This document shows positions 1 through 11,173 of a stretch of 64,000 nucleotides of DNA, in pieces; position 1 is the stretch's first letter; each line of letters opens with the position of its first letter. Source of the DNA: an uncultured bacterium (GTDB lineage Bacteria; Acidobacteriota; HRBIN11; JAKEFK01); NCBI GenBank assembly GCA_963777505.1, contig CAVZQN010000006.1, positions 320,001 to 384,000 on the forward strand, given 5' to 3'. The position numbers were made by a program, and so were the translations under genes. The notes below the pieces were generated by a model, which was given only the letters and a program-made list of their open reading frames with translations, searched no databases and had not been told where the DNA came from.

Positions 1-248
1 CTTACAATGCCGGTGAAAATCGCGTGATACGTCTTAACGATGTGCCAAACTTTTTAGAAACTCAAAATTACGTTCGTAAGGTTTTAGCTCTTTATAAAGG
101 GGATATGAAATATACTCCATTTTCAGGAGGCCCCGGTCGTTTAAAGACAGCAACCTATTACAAGTGGATAGATACTAAAGGTGTAACGCACTATTCAACG
201 AAAGCGGTTGCCAATGCGACAAAAGTGAGTTTCTCCTATTCATGGTGA
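1..248 (+). CDS. Lytic transglycosylase (SLT), 3' part, with C-terminal DUF4124-like segment; truncated at window start
   Basis: Frame from base 3 reads YNAGENRV...ETQNYVRKV (SLT motifs), then YKWIDTKGVTHYS (DUF4124-like). Confidence 0.8.
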   Translation, partial: YNAGENRVIRLNDVPNFLETQNYVRKVLALYKGDMKYTPFSGGPGRLKTATYYKWIDTKGVTHYSTKAVANATKVSFSYSW

Positions 249-2413
249 AAGGTCCTGCATCCTTTGACCAGGGTCTGTTTTTGATGCACTTGCACAAAGG
301 AAAGGAATACTTCGAACAAAATCAATTCCAGAAGGCTCGAGAAGAGCTGGAAGCTGCTTATCATCTCCGTCCTCAGGATGAGAAAATCCTGAATATGCTT
401 GGAATGACCTATTTCAAGCTAGAAATGCTCCCTGAGGCAGAGGAGATGTACACCGTACTGACCTCCAATAATCCGGATGTATATACGCTCCAGAGCAACC
501 TTGGACTGATTCGTCTGAAAATGGAAAAGCTTGAAAAAGCCGAGGATGCACTCAATCGCGCTTTGGAACTGCAACCATCAAACCCAAAAGCTCACTTTTA
601 TCTTGGGCTGTTATATGAAAAGTTAGACAGATTTGATAAGGCATTATTTCATTTTGAGCGCGCACATGCAGATAAGATGGTTCGCAAGTTGAAACAACGG
701 CTCGAAGAACTAAAATCGAAAGAATATACATTGCTTCCTTTTACGATTGTTGAAGTGATGGAGCCCGAAGAATCAATGGCACTTGTTGATAGCTCTATTT
801 CTCAAGTGAGTGAAGCGGCTCAGGAATTTCAGACCAGTGTTGCGCCCCAGGAAACGGTTGCTCAGGAATCGGCTCCGCCGCAAGAAAAATTCCAGATAAC
901 TGAAAAAGAAATTTCAGCCGTTGCTCCGGAAAGCGAATGGAGAGAAGGCGGTGCAAGTACCGGGAAAATGAGACGTCGCGATGTTATGGAAGCGATGGAT
1001 CGGAAAGATGATCGCGAAGAAGGCGAAGAACTCGTTGAAGATACGGCTAGCGAAGCGCAACCCGTTCAAGAAGAACGGATGGAAGAATTTGGAGTTGAAG
1101 TAGAAGAGGAAGCGCCCGCATGGGAAAAAACCGCACCTGCTTTGCATCCAGATTTTACTGCTGAACCACCGTCAGAAAATCTTGCTGAACAATTGATTCC
1201 GCAACCACCTCCTGATGCTTCCTTCTTTAACGCGGACGATATGGCAGCAGATATTTCATCATTTCTTGCTCAAAGCCGAAATGAAGAACCGGTAGTTGAG
1301 GAAGATTTCGTACAAGAACCTCCGGGCGAGGATACAAGGGAACAATCGCACACGCTCGAAGGTGAGACTTATGAAGAAACATTTGAAGAGGTTGCAAAAA
1401 TTCCAACACCGGAAGAAGTAGAAAATGCTGTTACAGAAATGGAAGGCCATGGCTCACCGGTTGATGAACCGGAAATAGAACCTCCTGCTGAAGAGCCACC
1501 GCAAAAACGTTTTCCATTCGAGGAACCGCCAGTTGAGGAACCCCCGGTCGAAGAGCCAACCGACGAGCCACCAGTTGAAGAACCTCCAAGGGAAATGTTG
1601 AGGCAGCATCCTTTTGGCTCAGAGGTCATTGAAGAATCTGTAGAACGATCATTTGCATCAGCATTAAAAGCTGCACCTCACATTAAAGAACCGATCGAAC
1701 ACACGATTGCAATGGATCTTGTTGAACATGTTGAACCATTGAAAACACAGGAACTGTTTCAACCTGCAAACCTCGATCAATTCTCAAGAGATCGATATTA
1801 CGTTCAACCCTTAATAGGTGCCGATCGATTTCTTCTGATCGATCCTCATCTGCTTGAAATAATTATTTCCGACAAACTCATTGTTCGCAAAGGTACCATC
1901 TCAAGTTTTACAGGCAATCTTTCGTTTGATGCGTGGCAGAAACAAATGGAAGAGACTTTGCCGTTGATTCAGGTCAGCGGTGCAGGTGTTTTGTTTCTTG
2001 CTGATAGGCGCCAGGATATTTATTTGATTTCGCTGAACAATGAAACACTTTATGTGGAATCAAATCATGTGCTTGTGGTGCAATCGGCTCTTAAAGTCGA
2101 ACCTCATTTCTTCCGTCCTAGTTCGGGTGATCCAGGCTTTTCAATGGTCAAAGTATCTGGCCGTGGAACGCTTGCGCTAACCTGTCAATCCAAACCGCTT
2201 ACTCTAAACGTTTATGAAGCAATGCCAGCGAACATACCTGCCGATGCTTTGATTGCCTGGTCAGGGCGGCTAACGTGCGATGTTCTATCCGATCCTGACA
2301 TTCACAACATCATGATGCAGCCTGAAGGTACGATCCTTCTCCGCTTTACTGGCGCCGGCGATGTTGTCGTAGAACAAGGAAGCCTTTGGGGCGAACGTCG
2401 TACTAAGAAATAG
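242..2413 (+). CDS. TPR repeat protein with long acidic/Pro-rich linker and C-terminal AIM24-like domain
   Basis: N-terminal TPR helices (NLGLIRLKM, HFYLGLLYEK); EEPP repeats; C-terminal VSGAGVLFLA, VSGRGTLAL and FTGAGDVVV repeats typical of AIM24. Confidence 0.75.
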   Translation: MVKGPASFDQGLFLMHLHKGKEYFEQNQFQKAREELEAAYHLRPQDEKILNMLGMTYFKLEMLPEAEEMYTVLTSNNPDVYTLQSNLGLIRLKMEKLEKAEDALNRALELQPSNPKAHFYLGLLYEKLDRFDKALFHFERAHADKMVRKLKQRLEELKSKEYTLLPFTIVEVMEPEESMALVDSSISQVSEAAQEFQTSVAPQETVAQESAPPQEKFQITEKEISAVAPESEWREGGASTGKMRRRDVMEAMDRKDDREEGEELVEDTASEAQPVQEERMEEFGVEVEEEAPAWEKTAPALHPDFTAEPPSENLAEQLIPQPPPDASFFNADDMAADISSFLAQSRNEEPVVEEDFVQEPPGEDTREQSHTLEGETYEETFEEVAKIPTPEEVENAVTEMEGHGSPVDEPEIEPPAEEPPQKRFPFEEPPVEEPPVEEPTDEPPVEEPPREMLRQHPFGSEVIEESVERSFASALKAAPHIKEPIEHTIAMDLVEHVEPLKTQELFQPANLDQFSRDRYYVQPLIGADRFLLIDPHLLEIIISDKLIVRKGTISSFTGNLSFDAWQKQMEETLPLIQVSGAGVLFLADRRQDIYLISLNNETLYVESNHVLVVQSALKVEPHFFRPSSGDPGFSMVKVSGRGTLALTCQSKPLTLNVYEAMPANIPADALIAWSGRLTCDVLSDPDIHNIMMQPEGTILLRFTGAGDVVVEQGSLWGERRTKK

Positions 2414-2512
2414 ACCCAAACTTTAAGCCCAAAATTCGAAATCCACAATCCGAAATTGTTTGACTTGATAATACAAAGTAGCTACCCTTGTGTAGGATTT
2501 GTTTTTGGGTTA

Positions 2513-3898
2513 ATGAAGTATTTGCTGCTGTTATTCCTTCTAATTCTTTCACATCCCGTTTTCGCTCAACAAGAAGTTTTCCCCAATCCATCCAAATTTC
2601 CGCAGCCGGAAGCATACAAAACAAATGTCGAATTCTGGATGAAGGTTTATGGTGAATGGGAAGACGACAAGATGGTCATTCATGATTCCAGGAATATGGA
2701 TATCGTCTTCGGAATTCATGAGATGCCCGAAGAAAATAGCTTGTTGTGGTCTATTGAACGGACGGCATTGAAACAACGCGTTGAAAGCATTCAGACACTG
2801 TTGAAAGAATTACATACAGACCCAACCATTGCTCAGCGTTCCGAAGATCATAAAAAAATTCATGAATTGTATAAAAACAACCATGATCCTGAAAAATTCC
2901 GGAAGGCAGCAGAAAACATAAGAGTTCAACAAGGAATAAAAGACCGTTTCGAGCAAGGTCTTGTTCGAATGCATTTATATTTGGATCATATTAAGAAAGT
3001 TTTGCGTGAGGAAGGCGTTCCTGAAGAGATCGCATATTTACCCCTGGTTGAATCTTCATTCAATAATCAGTCTTTATCGAAGACTCGAGCGGCGGGAATC
3101 TGGCAGTTTATGCCTGGCACAGCCCGCTCATATATGAAAGTGAATTCCGATGTTGACGAGCGGCTTGATCCATATATTGCAACCCGTTCAGCGGCCCGTT
3201 ATCTCAAGCGGAGTTATCAAATGTTTGGGAATTGGCCTGTCTCATTAATGTCTTACAATCACGGACAACAAGGTATGCGTAATGCTTCAAATGCACTGGG
3301 CACATCTGACTTCATGACAATTGTTACGCGATATGAAGGAAAATATTTTGGATTTGCCTCCCGTAATTTTTATGCGGAATTTTTGGCTGCTTGTAAGGTA
3401 ATGAAGGAAGCTGACAAATATTTCGACAATATCCAATATGCAAAAGCGCTTTCACACGATTCGATAACGCTCGCAAAGCCTCTTTTTGTTTCCGATCTCA
3501 TTAATAAATCTTCGCTCACGCGTGAAGAATTACGAATGTATAATCCGGCCCTTCAGTCCAGTGTAATTTTCTCACGCAGACCGATCCCTGTAGGATACGA
3601 ACTCCGATTACCCGCTGGAAAATACAAGGACCTGAACACATTTATTGTACAAGTTCGTGGGAGCGGTGGATCATCGGATAAGCCAACAAAGGCAGTTTCG
3701 GAATCCGCGAAGTCATCTGATCTTTCAGATGTGAAAGTCGCCTGTGCCTCATCTAAAACTTATGTTGTACGTAGAGGCGATACTTTATTTTCTATTTCTG
3801 TGAAATTTTCTACAACTGTCAGTGAGATACGCACCGCAAACCGGTTGAATCATACCGTGATCACTCCAGGCCAGAAATTGCGAATCCCAACCTGCTAA
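2513..3898 (+). CDS. MltD-like lytic transglycosylase with C-terminal LysM
   Basis: Signal peptide from ATG 2513; LPLVESSF, AAGIWQFMPGT, SYNHG motifs; LysM YVVRRGDTLFSIS...ITPGQKLRIP. Confidence 0.88.
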   Translation: MKYLLLLFLLILSHPVFAQQEVFPNPSKFPQPEAYKTNVEFWMKVYGEWEDDKMVIHDSRNMDIVFGIHEMPEENSLLWSIERTALKQRVESIQTLLKELHTDPTIAQRSEDHKKIHELYKNNHDPEKFRKAAENIRVQQGIKDRFEQGLVRMHLYLDHIKKVLREEGVPEEIAYLPLVESSFNNQSLSKTRAAGIWQFMPGTARSYMKVNSDVDERLDPYIATRSAARYLKRSYQMFGNWPVSLMSYNHGQQGMRNASNALGTSDFMTIVTRYEGKYFGFASRNFYAEFLAACKVMKEADKYFDNIQYAKALSHDSITLAKPLFVSDLINKSSLTREELRMYNPALQSSVIFSRRPIPVGYELRLPAGKYKDLNTFIVQVRGSGGSSDKPTKAVSESAKSSDLSDVKVACASSKTYVVRRGDTLFSISVKFSTTVSEIRTANRLNHTVITPGQKLRIPTC

Positions 3899-4641
3899 TG
3901 CCTGTTTTTTCGACTGAAGCTTTTGTGCTTCGAACCTATAAGCTAGCTGAGAACGACAAAATAGTAATTCTATTTACGCGCGATCATGGCAAAATGCGAT
4001 TTGTCGCAAAAGGCGCGCGAAAAATGAAAAACCGTTTTGGCGCAGCCCTCGAAGTACTCACTCATCTAAGAATCTCTTTTTTTGAAAAAGCAAACCGGGA
4101 ACTTCAAATTCTGGAACAAGCCGAAATCATTTTTTCTCCGCACATGCGTGAAGGCGCCTCGCGAACACATTATTACCTCTTTTATTTTGCAGAATTAATG
4201 AATGAATTTTTTCCCGATCATGAAAAGAATTTGAAGGGTTTTCGAATGTTAATGAACATAGAAAAAGCCTTAAAAAACAGACAAAATCTTGAATATCTTG
4301 GTCGGTATATCGAATTGCATTTGCTACACTCTCAAGGTATCCTTTCCAGTGTTGCGTTCTGCTCAGGATGCAATCGCCCCTTTGAGTCTCTCCAGGAACG
4401 TCGGTACCTGGGTGCAGGGACCGAAATCTTTTGCAAACGATGCCGTACAGCGGAGAGTTATGTTTTGTTGGCTCCCGTCGTCAGAAGCCTCGATAGCTTT
4501 GAAAAAGGGTCGATGGATTGGGCAAAAACTTTGCCAGGTCCCATCATGCAGGAACTTGCATCGTTGAATCAGATGCTGATCCAACGATTTCTTGGAAAAG
4601 ATTTGCAATCATATCGTCTCCGCAAAGATCTAGCGGAATGA
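3898..4641 (+). CDS. recO: DNA repair protein RecO
   Basis: EAFVLR...ENDKIVILFT..HGK..FVAKGARK N-terminus; Cys pairs CSGC and CKRC; directly upstream of glyQ. Confidence 0.92.
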   Translation: MPVFSTEAFVLRTYKLAENDKIVILFTRDHGKMRFVAKGARKMKNRFGAALEVLTHLRISFFEKANRELQILEQAEIIFSPHMREGASRTHYYLFYFAELMNEFFPDHEKNLKGFRMLMNIEKALKNRQNLEYLGRYIELHLLHSQGILSSVAFCSGCNRPFESLQERRYLGAGTEIFCKRCRTAESYVLLAPVVRSLDSFEKGSMDWAKTLPGPIMQELASLNQMLIQRFLGKDLQSYRLRKDLAE

Positions 4642-4683
4642 TATTGTTGTAATTGAAAAAGACGCATCAACTTCTCTTAAGAC

Positions 4684-5532
4684 ATGACATTTCAAGATCT
4701 GACATTCTCTTTACAAAAATTCTGGGCCGACCAGGGCTGTATCATTCAACAGCCTTATGATATTGAAGTTGGCGCAGGGACGATGCATCCTGAAACGTTT
4801 TTAAGAGTTTTGGGACCACAGCCATACAAGGTTGCTTACGTGCAACCGAGCAGGCGTCCGGCTGATGGCAGGTACGGCGAAAATCCGAACCGCTTATACA
4901 AGCATCATCAATTTCAGGTAATTCTAAAACCATCTCCAATGGATGTTCAGAATTTATATCTCGAAAGCCTCCGTTCTTTTGGAATCGATCCATCCAAACA
5001 TGATATTCGTTTTGAGGAAGATAATTGGGAATCACCCACTCTTGGAGCATGGGGAATTGGCTGGCAGGTTCTTTTGGATGGCCTTGAAATCACACAATTT
5101 ACTTACTTCCAGCAAGCTGGTGGAATTGATCTTTCCCCAATCTCAGCGGAGATTACATATGGTCTTGAAAGGATCGCTGCGATGGTCGATTCAAAAGAGA
5201 GTGTATATGACATTGATTGGGCAAAAGGATACAAATACGGACAAGTAAGACTCGCAGAAGAACAACAACTTTCGAAATACTCATTTGAGCTTGCCAGTGT
5301 CACGCTGCATTTTGAACTTCTTTCACAATTCGAAGAAGAAGCGAAAAAAATGATTGAAGCAGGATTGTTGCTTGCAGCTTACGAATTATGCCTTAAGTGT
5401 TCTCACGCATTTAATGTGCTTGAAGCTCGCGGAGCTATCAGTGTTACAGAACGAACAGGAATCATTACACGCATTCGCAATCTGGTTTGCCAGATAGCGG
5501 AAAAATACAATGCAGGACTTATCAATGCCTGA
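4684..5532 (+). CDS. glyQ: Glycine-tRNA ligase alpha subunit
   Basis: [60 protein letters not shown]. Confidence 0.98.
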   Translation: MTFQDLTFSLQKFWADQGCIIQQPYDIEVGAGTMHPETFLRVLGPQPYKVAYVQPSRRPADGRYGENPNRLYKHHQFQVILKPSPMDVQNLYLESLRSFGIDPSKHDIRFEEDNWESPTLGAWGIGWQVLLDGLEITQFTYFQQAGGIDLSPISAEITYGLERIAAMVDSKESVYDIDWAKGYKYGQVRLAEEQQLSKYSFELASVTLHFELLSQFEEEAKKMIEAGLLLAAYELCLKCSHAFNVLEARGAISVTERTGIITRIRNLVCQIAEKYNAGLINA

Positions 5533-7594
5533 GTTGATTTTTGAAGTTGGTACTGAAGAAATTCCAGCAGACGACTTGCTAAAACTTCCCGCACAATTAA
5601 ACGATCTCGCTTCCAAGTCATTTGAAGCGAACCGGATCGATTGTTCAAAAATTGAGACTTTTGCAACGCCAAGGCGTATAACGCTTTTTGCAGATCTTGC
5701 GAGCATGCAAAAAGATCTTCGCGAACAACGGATGGGACCGGCTAAAAAGGTCGCTGTGGATGCAGCAGGAAACCCGACTCCGGCCGCATTGGGTTTCGCC
5801 AGAAACGCAGGAGTTCCCTTTGAGAAGTTAACTCTGGTTTCAACTCCAAAAGGCGAATATCTTTCAGCGGAAATTTTAGTCAAAGGCAAAAAAACCGCAC
5901 AAGTTCTAGCTGAAACGATTCCTGCTATTGTCAAAGGACTCTCGTTCAAGAAATTTATGAAATGGGGTTCAGAGGATTTTGTTTTCGGCCGTCCGATCCG
6001 GAATCTCCTGTTGCTCTTTGATAATGAAGTCATTCCTTTGACCATTGCAGGCGTTCAAACAGGCCGCACAACGTTTGGTCATCGCTTTCTTGGAAGTCAG
6101 AAAATTGATGTTGAGTCTTATGATCAATACCGGAAAAAACTGGAAGAGAACGGCGTCGTGCTTTCTTTTGATGATCGATCTCAGCGAATTCGCAAAGAGT
6201 TGCAGGAAAATGTTTCCAAAATAAACGGAATCCTGTTGGAAGATGATGACTTATTGCAAATAATGGCAAATGAAGTTGAGTATCCCCAGGTACTGAGTGG
6301 AACTTTTCCGGCCGAATTTCTTTCTTTGCCTCAGGAAATTCTGATCAACGCAATGCGGAAGCATCAAAAATATTTCAGCGCAACGGACTCAAATGGGAAA
6401 CTTTTGCCTGCGTTTTTCACAGTACTGAATACTCGAACCTCTGAATCTGATGCGATTCGCAAAGGACATGAGCGCGTGTTGATGGCACGCTTGCGGGACG
6501 CAGAATTCTTCTGGCGTGAAGATCTTAAGACTTCGTTGGGGGAGAATCAGAAGAAACTGAGCCGTGTTACATACCATGAAAAGCTAGGCTCTTATTCCGA
6601 CAAAGTTGTCCGAATGTTGTCAATTGCCGATCAAATCATAAAGCAATTAGGCCTTGAGGAGTCGGCTCCAAAACTTCGCAAGTTAATTGAATTCAGCAAA
6701 GCAGATCTGGTTACTTTGATGGTTGGAGAGTTTCCAGAACTTCAGGGGGTTATCGCGGGTCTTCATGCTCGTGAAAATCAGATGCATGAGGACGAATGGC
6801 AGGCGCTTTATGATCAATATCTACCTGCATCTGCGGAAGGTAAAATACCGCGCGGAACTCCAGGAGCTTTGCTATCCATGATTGACCGGATCGAGATTCT
6901 TGCGTCAGGTTATGTTTTAAATATGATTCCAACCGGTTCTCGCGATCCGTACGCGCTTAGACGCGCGGCAACCGGCCTGATTCGCATCATCATCGACTTT
7001 CGTTTGCCAATCGATTTGCTTCCCGTTCTGGATCATGCATTTACTTTATATGAACGAAAGACCAAACTCACCCGAAGTGAAATGCTTCACGCGGTTTTGG
7101 AATTGCTCGAGAACCGTCTCCGGTTTTTAATGGAGCAACGAGGACTTGCACACGATTACTTAAACGCAATCCTTGCAATCAAATCAGGCTCTTTCCTGGA
7201 CGCGTTTAATCGTGCCAACGCGCTCTGGTCTAAAAATGCGTCGGAGGACCTAAAGACTTTGGCGCGCTGTTTCAAAAGAATTAATAATATTATTTCCGAT
7301 CAACCCGTTCACGAATTTGATGCAACGAAACTATTAGATGATGGTGAAAAACGGCTGAACCAGGTTTTTTCAGACATGGAGTTTCGTGTTCAGCAGCTAA
7401 TTCAAGATGGAAAATATCTTGATGCGCTTGATATTATGGTTACCCTTGGTCCCGAAATTGATAATTTTTTCGATGAAGTGTTAGTCATGGCGGAAGATGA
7501 ACAACTTCGCAAAAACAGGATCGCACTGTTACAGAAAATAAGTCATCTGTATCGAAAGATCGCTGACTTTTCACAACTTCAAATTGAAATGTAA
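5525..7594 (+). CDS. glyS: Glycine-tRNA ligase beta subunit
   Basis: [45 protein letters not shown]...NRIALL; overlaps glyQ end. Confidence 0.97.
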   Translation: MPELIFEVGTEEIPADDLLKLPAQLNDLASKSFEANRIDCSKIETFATPRRITLFADLASMQKDLREQRMGPAKKVAVDAAGNPTPAALGFARNAGVPFEKLTLVSTPKGEYLSAEILVKGKKTAQVLAETIPAIVKGLSFKKFMKWGSEDFVFGRPIRNLLLLFDNEVIPLTIAGVQTGRTTFGHRFLGSQKIDVESYDQYRKKLEENGVVLSFDDRSQRIRKELQENVSKINGILLEDDDLLQIMANEVEYPQVLSGTFPAEFLSLPQEILINAMRKHQKYFSATDSNGKLLPAFFTVLNTRTSESDAIRKGHERVLMARLRDAEFFWREDLKTSLGENQKKLSRVTYHEKLGSYSDKVVRMLSIADQIIKQLGLEESAPKLRKLIEFSKADLVTLMVGEFPELQGVIAGLHARENQMHEDEWQALYDQYLPASAEGKIPRGTPGALLSMIDRIEILASGYVLNMIPTGSRDPYALRRAATGLIRIIIDFRLPIDLLPVLDHAFTLYERKTKLTRSEMLHAVLELLENRLRFLMEQRGLAHDYLNAILAIKSGSFLDAFNRANALWSKNASEDLKTLARCFKRINNIISDQPVHEFDATKLLDDGEKRLNQVFSDMEFRVQQLIQDGKYLDALDIMVTLGPEIDNFFDEVLVMAEDEQLRKNRIALLQKISHLYRKIADFSQLQIEM

Positions 7595-7597
7595 TGG

Positions 7598-7676
7598 GAT
7601 GCTGGATACCAGATGCTGGATGCTTTACGGGCTAAGTCTTGCGCCGAGCATCAAGCATCTAGCATCAAGCATCTAG
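7598..7676. repeat. Inverted heptamer tandem repeat (GATGCTG-type / AGCATCA-type) able to form a hairpin
   Basis: gatgctg gatacca gatgctg gatgctt ... agcatca agcatct agcatca agcatct in the glyS-ppdK spacer. Confidence 0.75.
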
Positions 7677-7694
7677 AATAAAGGATGAAGAATT

Positions 7695-10385
7695 ATGAGT
7701 GAGAAATACATTTATTTTTTTGGTGAAGGAAAAGCAGAAGGCACTGGCCAGATGAAGGATCTTCTTGGCGGAAAGGGATCGGGTTTGGCTGAAATGACCA
7801 ATCTCGGAATTAATGTTCCACCAGGTTTTACAATCACAACAAAAGTTTGCAATCTCTTTTATGAAAACAATGGGAAAGTTCCTGATTCTTTAGTGAAGGA
7901 ACAAAGAGTAAATCTCGAACGCCTTGAATCTGTGCTTGGAAAGAAGTTTGGCGATCAAAAGAATCCGCTACTTGTTTCAGTTCGTTCAGGTGCAAAATTT
8001 TCAATGCCCGGCATGATGGATACCATTCTTAACTTGGGCTTGAATGACACCACAGTTGAAGGATTGGCAAAACTGACTGGAGACAAACGCTTCGCGCTTG
8101 ACAGCTATCGGCGCTTTATCCAGATGTTTGGCAATGTTGTACTGGGTATTACCAAAGAAAAATTTGAGAAGCTTCTCAGTGCAATCAAACAAGAAAAAAC
8201 TTACAAACTTGACACTGAATTAAAAGCAGAAGATTGGAATGAAGTTATCCGCCGCTATAAAGAACTGGTAACGCAAGAAACAGGAAAGGAATTCCCGCAA
8301 GATCCGCAAGTTCAGCTTGATATGGCGCGTGATGCTGTATTTCAATCCTGGCACAACGATCGTGCACGATATTATCGCAAGCAAAACAAAATTCCGGATG
8401 ATCTTGGAACTGCGGTTAATGTGCAAGCCATGGTCTTCGGGAATATGGGAGACAAATCTGGAACTGGAGTTGGTTTTACGCGCAATCCTTCTACCGGGGA
8501 AAAAATGTTTTATGGGGAGTACTTGACCAATGCGCAAGGAGAAGATGTTGTTGCAGGAATCCGCACTCCGAAGCCAATCTCCGGATTGAAAGACGAAATG
8601 CGTGCGGCATATGATCAGTTGCACGACATCACTTCACGCTTAGAACACCATTATCGCGATGTTCAGGATTTCGAGTTCACGATTGAAAATGAACGCCTTT
8701 TCATGTTGCAAACGCGAACAGGGAAACGGACGGCTGCAGCGGCTGTGAAAATTGCTGTGGACATGGTAAACGAAGCACTCATTACTAAAGAAGAAGCCGT
8801 ATTGCGGATCGATCCGGCTCAACTTGATCAATTACTTCATCCAATTATTGATCCATCTCAAAAAGTGGAAGTTGTTGCAACCGGTCTTCCGGCATCTCCC
8901 GGTGCTGCCACAGGCGTTCTTGCGTTTACAGCAGATGAAGCTGTCGAAGTTGTGGAACGTGATAAGTTGCCTGTCATTCTAGTTCGTGAAGAAACCGTGC
9001 CTGATGATATTCACGGAATGGATGTAGCAAAAGGCATTTTGACAGCACGTGGTGGAATGACAAGTCACGCTGCGGTTGTTGCACGCGGAATGGGAAAACC
9101 TTGCGTAGCCGGGTGCGAATCTCTTCAAATCGATGAACAAAATCGTACATTGCGCATCGGAGATACAGTCGTCAAAGATGGCGATTACATTACGATCGAT
9201 GGTGGTAAAGGTCAGGTCATTCTTGGCAAAGTGAAGCTGCAGGATCCTGAGCTGAGTGGTGAGTTTGGCATTTTGATGAAATGGGCAGATGAATTTCGCA
9301 GCTTGCGTGTCCGTGCAAATGCCGATATTCCGCGCGATGCTCAGGTTGCAAGACGGTTCGGAGCACAAGGCATCGGACTCTGCAGAAGTGAACATATGTT
9401 TTTTGATCCTGAACGGATTCCTGTGATTCAGGAAATGATTCTTGCAAGAACTGAAGAAGAACGAAAAGAACCTTTAAAGAGAATCAAAGAGTGGCAACGG
9501 TCTGATTTTCTCGGATTATTCCGTGAAATGAACGGATTCCCAGTGACTGTTCGACTCCTGGATCCGCCTTTGCATGAATTTCTTCCGCGCCGGGAAGAAT
9601 TAATGACGGAAATTTCAGAACTAAAACAATCAAGTTCGCCTGACGCACCAAAAACGCTGAAACACAAACAAGAACTTTTGAAAAGAGTCAATGAACTTCA
9701 TGAAATGAACCCGATGTTAGGCCATCGCGGATGCAGGCTTGGTCTTACGTATCCTGATATTTCAGAAATGCAAATTGAAGCCATTTTTGAAGCAGCTGCG
9801 GAAGTCCAGAAGGAAGGTGTCCGCTGTACACCAGAAATTATGATTCCGCTTGTTGGTATTGCTGAAGAATTTCGGATCGCAAAAAAGCAGGTTGACGAAA
9901 TTGCAGAACGTGTATTTACCGCCTTAGGAGTTCGTGTTTTATATCTCACAGGCACAATGATCGAATTGCCACGTGCCTCATTAACGGCAGATGAAATCGC
10001 TCGTGAAGCCGAATTCTTTTCGTTTGGTACAAATGATTTGACTCAAACGACCTACGGATTTTCTCGAGATGATATCGGAAAATTTTTACCAAAATATTTA
10101 GAGATGAAAATTTTGAAGAAGGATCCGTTTGTCACTATCGACAAACAAGGCGTTGGGCAATTGATGAAGATTGCAGTTGAGAAAGGACGTTCTGCGCGAG
10201 GCGATTTGAAATTAGGAATTTGTGGCGAGCATGGAGGAGATCCGGAATCCGTTGAGTTTTGTCACCAATTAAAATTGCACTATGTGAGTTGCTCCCCATT
10301 TCGAGTGCCGATTGCAAGGCTTGCGGCCGCTCAAGCTGCATTAAAAGAAAAAGGCGCCGGCGATCTTTCCAAATCTCAGTTATGA
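7695..10385 (+). CDS. ppdK: Pyruvate, phosphate dikinase
   Basis: LLGGKG, PLLVSVRSGA, SMPGMMDTILNLG, GGMTSHAAVVARG (phospho-His), FSFGTNDLTQ, GICGEHGG. Confidence 0.98.
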   Translation: MSEKYIYFFGEGKAEGTGQMKDLLGGKGSGLAEMTNLGINVPPGFTITTKVCNLFYENNGKVPDSLVKEQRVNLERLESVLGKKFGDQKNPLLVSVRSGAKFSMPGMMDTILNLGLNDTTVEGLAKLTGDKRFALDSYRRFIQMFGNVVLGITKEKFEKLLSAIKQEKTYKLDTELKAEDWNEVIRRYKELVTQETGKEFPQDPQVQLDMARDAVFQSWHNDRARYYRKQNKIPDDLGTAVNVQAMVFGNMGDKSGTGVGFTRNPSTGEKMFYGEYLTNAQGEDVVAGIRTPKPISGLKDEMRAAYDQLHDITSRLEHHYRDVQDFEFTIENERLFMLQTRTGKRTAAAAVKIAVDMVNEALITKEEAVLRIDPAQLDQLLHPIIDPSQKVEVVATGLPASPGAATGVLAFTADEAVEVVERDKLPVILVREETVPDDIHGMDVAKGILTARGGMTSHAAVVARGMGKPCVAGCESLQIDEQNRTLRIGDTVVKDGDYITIDGGKGQVILGKVKLQDPELSGEFGILMKWADEFRSLRVRANADIPRDAQVARRFGAQGIGLCRSEHMFFDPERIPVIQEMILARTEEERKEPLKRIKEWQRSDFLGLFREMNGFPVTVRLLDPPLHEFLPRREELMTEISELKQSSSPDAPKTLKHKQELLKRVNELHEMNPMLGHRGCRLGLTYPDISEMQIEAIFEAAAEVQKEGVRCTPEIMIPLVGIAEEFRIAKKQVDEIAERVFTALGVRVLYLTGTMIELPRASLTADEIAREAEFFSFGTNDLTQTTYGFSRDDIGKFLPKYLEMKILKKDPFVTIDKQGVGQLMKIAVEKGRSARGDLKLGICGEHGGDPESVEFCHQLKLHYVSCSPFRVPIARLAAAQAALKEKGAGDLSKSQL

Positions 10386-10405
10386 TCTTTGTGTCTTTGC
10401 GGTAA

Positions 10406-11095
10406 ATGATCTTTAAGAATGGAATTCTAACTTCCGAACTAATCCCAGCAGTGCATGGATTTTCTACGCGCCAAAAAGGAAATCTTGGCTATGGGAAAAA
10501 TTTCGGTGATCCTGAGGTGACCGAAAACCGTTCGAAACTATTCGAAACTCTTCAGCTTCAAGATCGAATTCACGTTCAGCCACGACAAATTCATTCAACA
10601 AGAGTCATCGACGCTCAACAGTTTGAATCCGGAATGGAAGCGGATGGTTCATTTACAAATTCAAACAGTCATCTGCTTTCAATTTTGACTGCTGATTGCC
10701 TTCCAATTCTTCTTTATCACTCCGATGGTGTGATTGCTGCAGTTCATGCCGGATGGCGAGGGCTCTTGAATGGAATCATCCCCGAAGCGATGCGTTTTAT
10801 TCCTGCTGCACCGGTCGCTGTGATCGGGCCTGCCATCGGACAATGCTGTTACGAAGTGAGTGATGATCTCGCAAATGATTTTTCTGCTAAATCTGGAGAA
10901 CGTTTCGTAGATCGAAGCAAGCCGAAGCCTCATCTGGATCTCATTGGTGTTGCTGTTCAACAACTCGTGAATGCAGGCGCTGGCGAAGTAGAAGCTGCAC
11001 AAATCTGTACACGCTGCCATCCGGACCTGCTTTTTTCGTACAGACGTGATGGCTCGTCCGGGCGTCAGATGAGCTTTATAGGGCTGCGAGGATAG
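10406..11095 (+). CDS. pgeF: PgeF/YfiH family protein
   Basis: HGFSTR, QIHS, ADG, TADCLPI, HAGWRG, IGPAIG..CYEV, FSYRR. Confidence 0.92.
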   Translation: MIFKNGILTSELIPAVHGFSTRQKGNLGYGKNFGDPEVTENRSKLFETLQLQDRIHVQPRQIHSTRVIDAQQFESGMEADGSFTNSNSHLLSILTADCLPILLYHSDGVIAAVHAGWRGLLNGIIPEAMRFIPAAPVAVIGPAIGQCCYEVSDDLANDFSAKSGERFVDRSKPKPHLDLIGVAVQQLVNAGAGEVEAAQICTRCHPDLLFSYRRDGSSGRQMSFIGLRG

Positions 11096-11173
11096 AGAAT
11101 AGAGGATAGAGGATAGAGAAGAGAGGATTGCGTTCTTTCTATCTTCTATCTTCTTCCTCCATTCTCTATCCTC
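11088..11173. repeat. Inverted heptamer tandem repeat (GAGGATA / TATCCTC type) between convergent pgeF and dinB; possible bidirectional terminator
   Basis: gaggata gagaata gaggata gaggata gagaaga ... ctatctt ctatctt cttcctc cattctc tatcctc. Confidence 0.75.

Noticed and set aside
5386-6045. Long antisense ORFs (e.g. 5386-6045, 22225-22755, 49684-50199, 62601-63110)
   Set aside because: They shadow well-supported genes on the opposite strand and have no domain signatures.
7598-11173. CRISPR array interpretation of the short repeats
   Set aside because: Units are 7-nt tandem repeats without unique spacers, and no cas genes are present.
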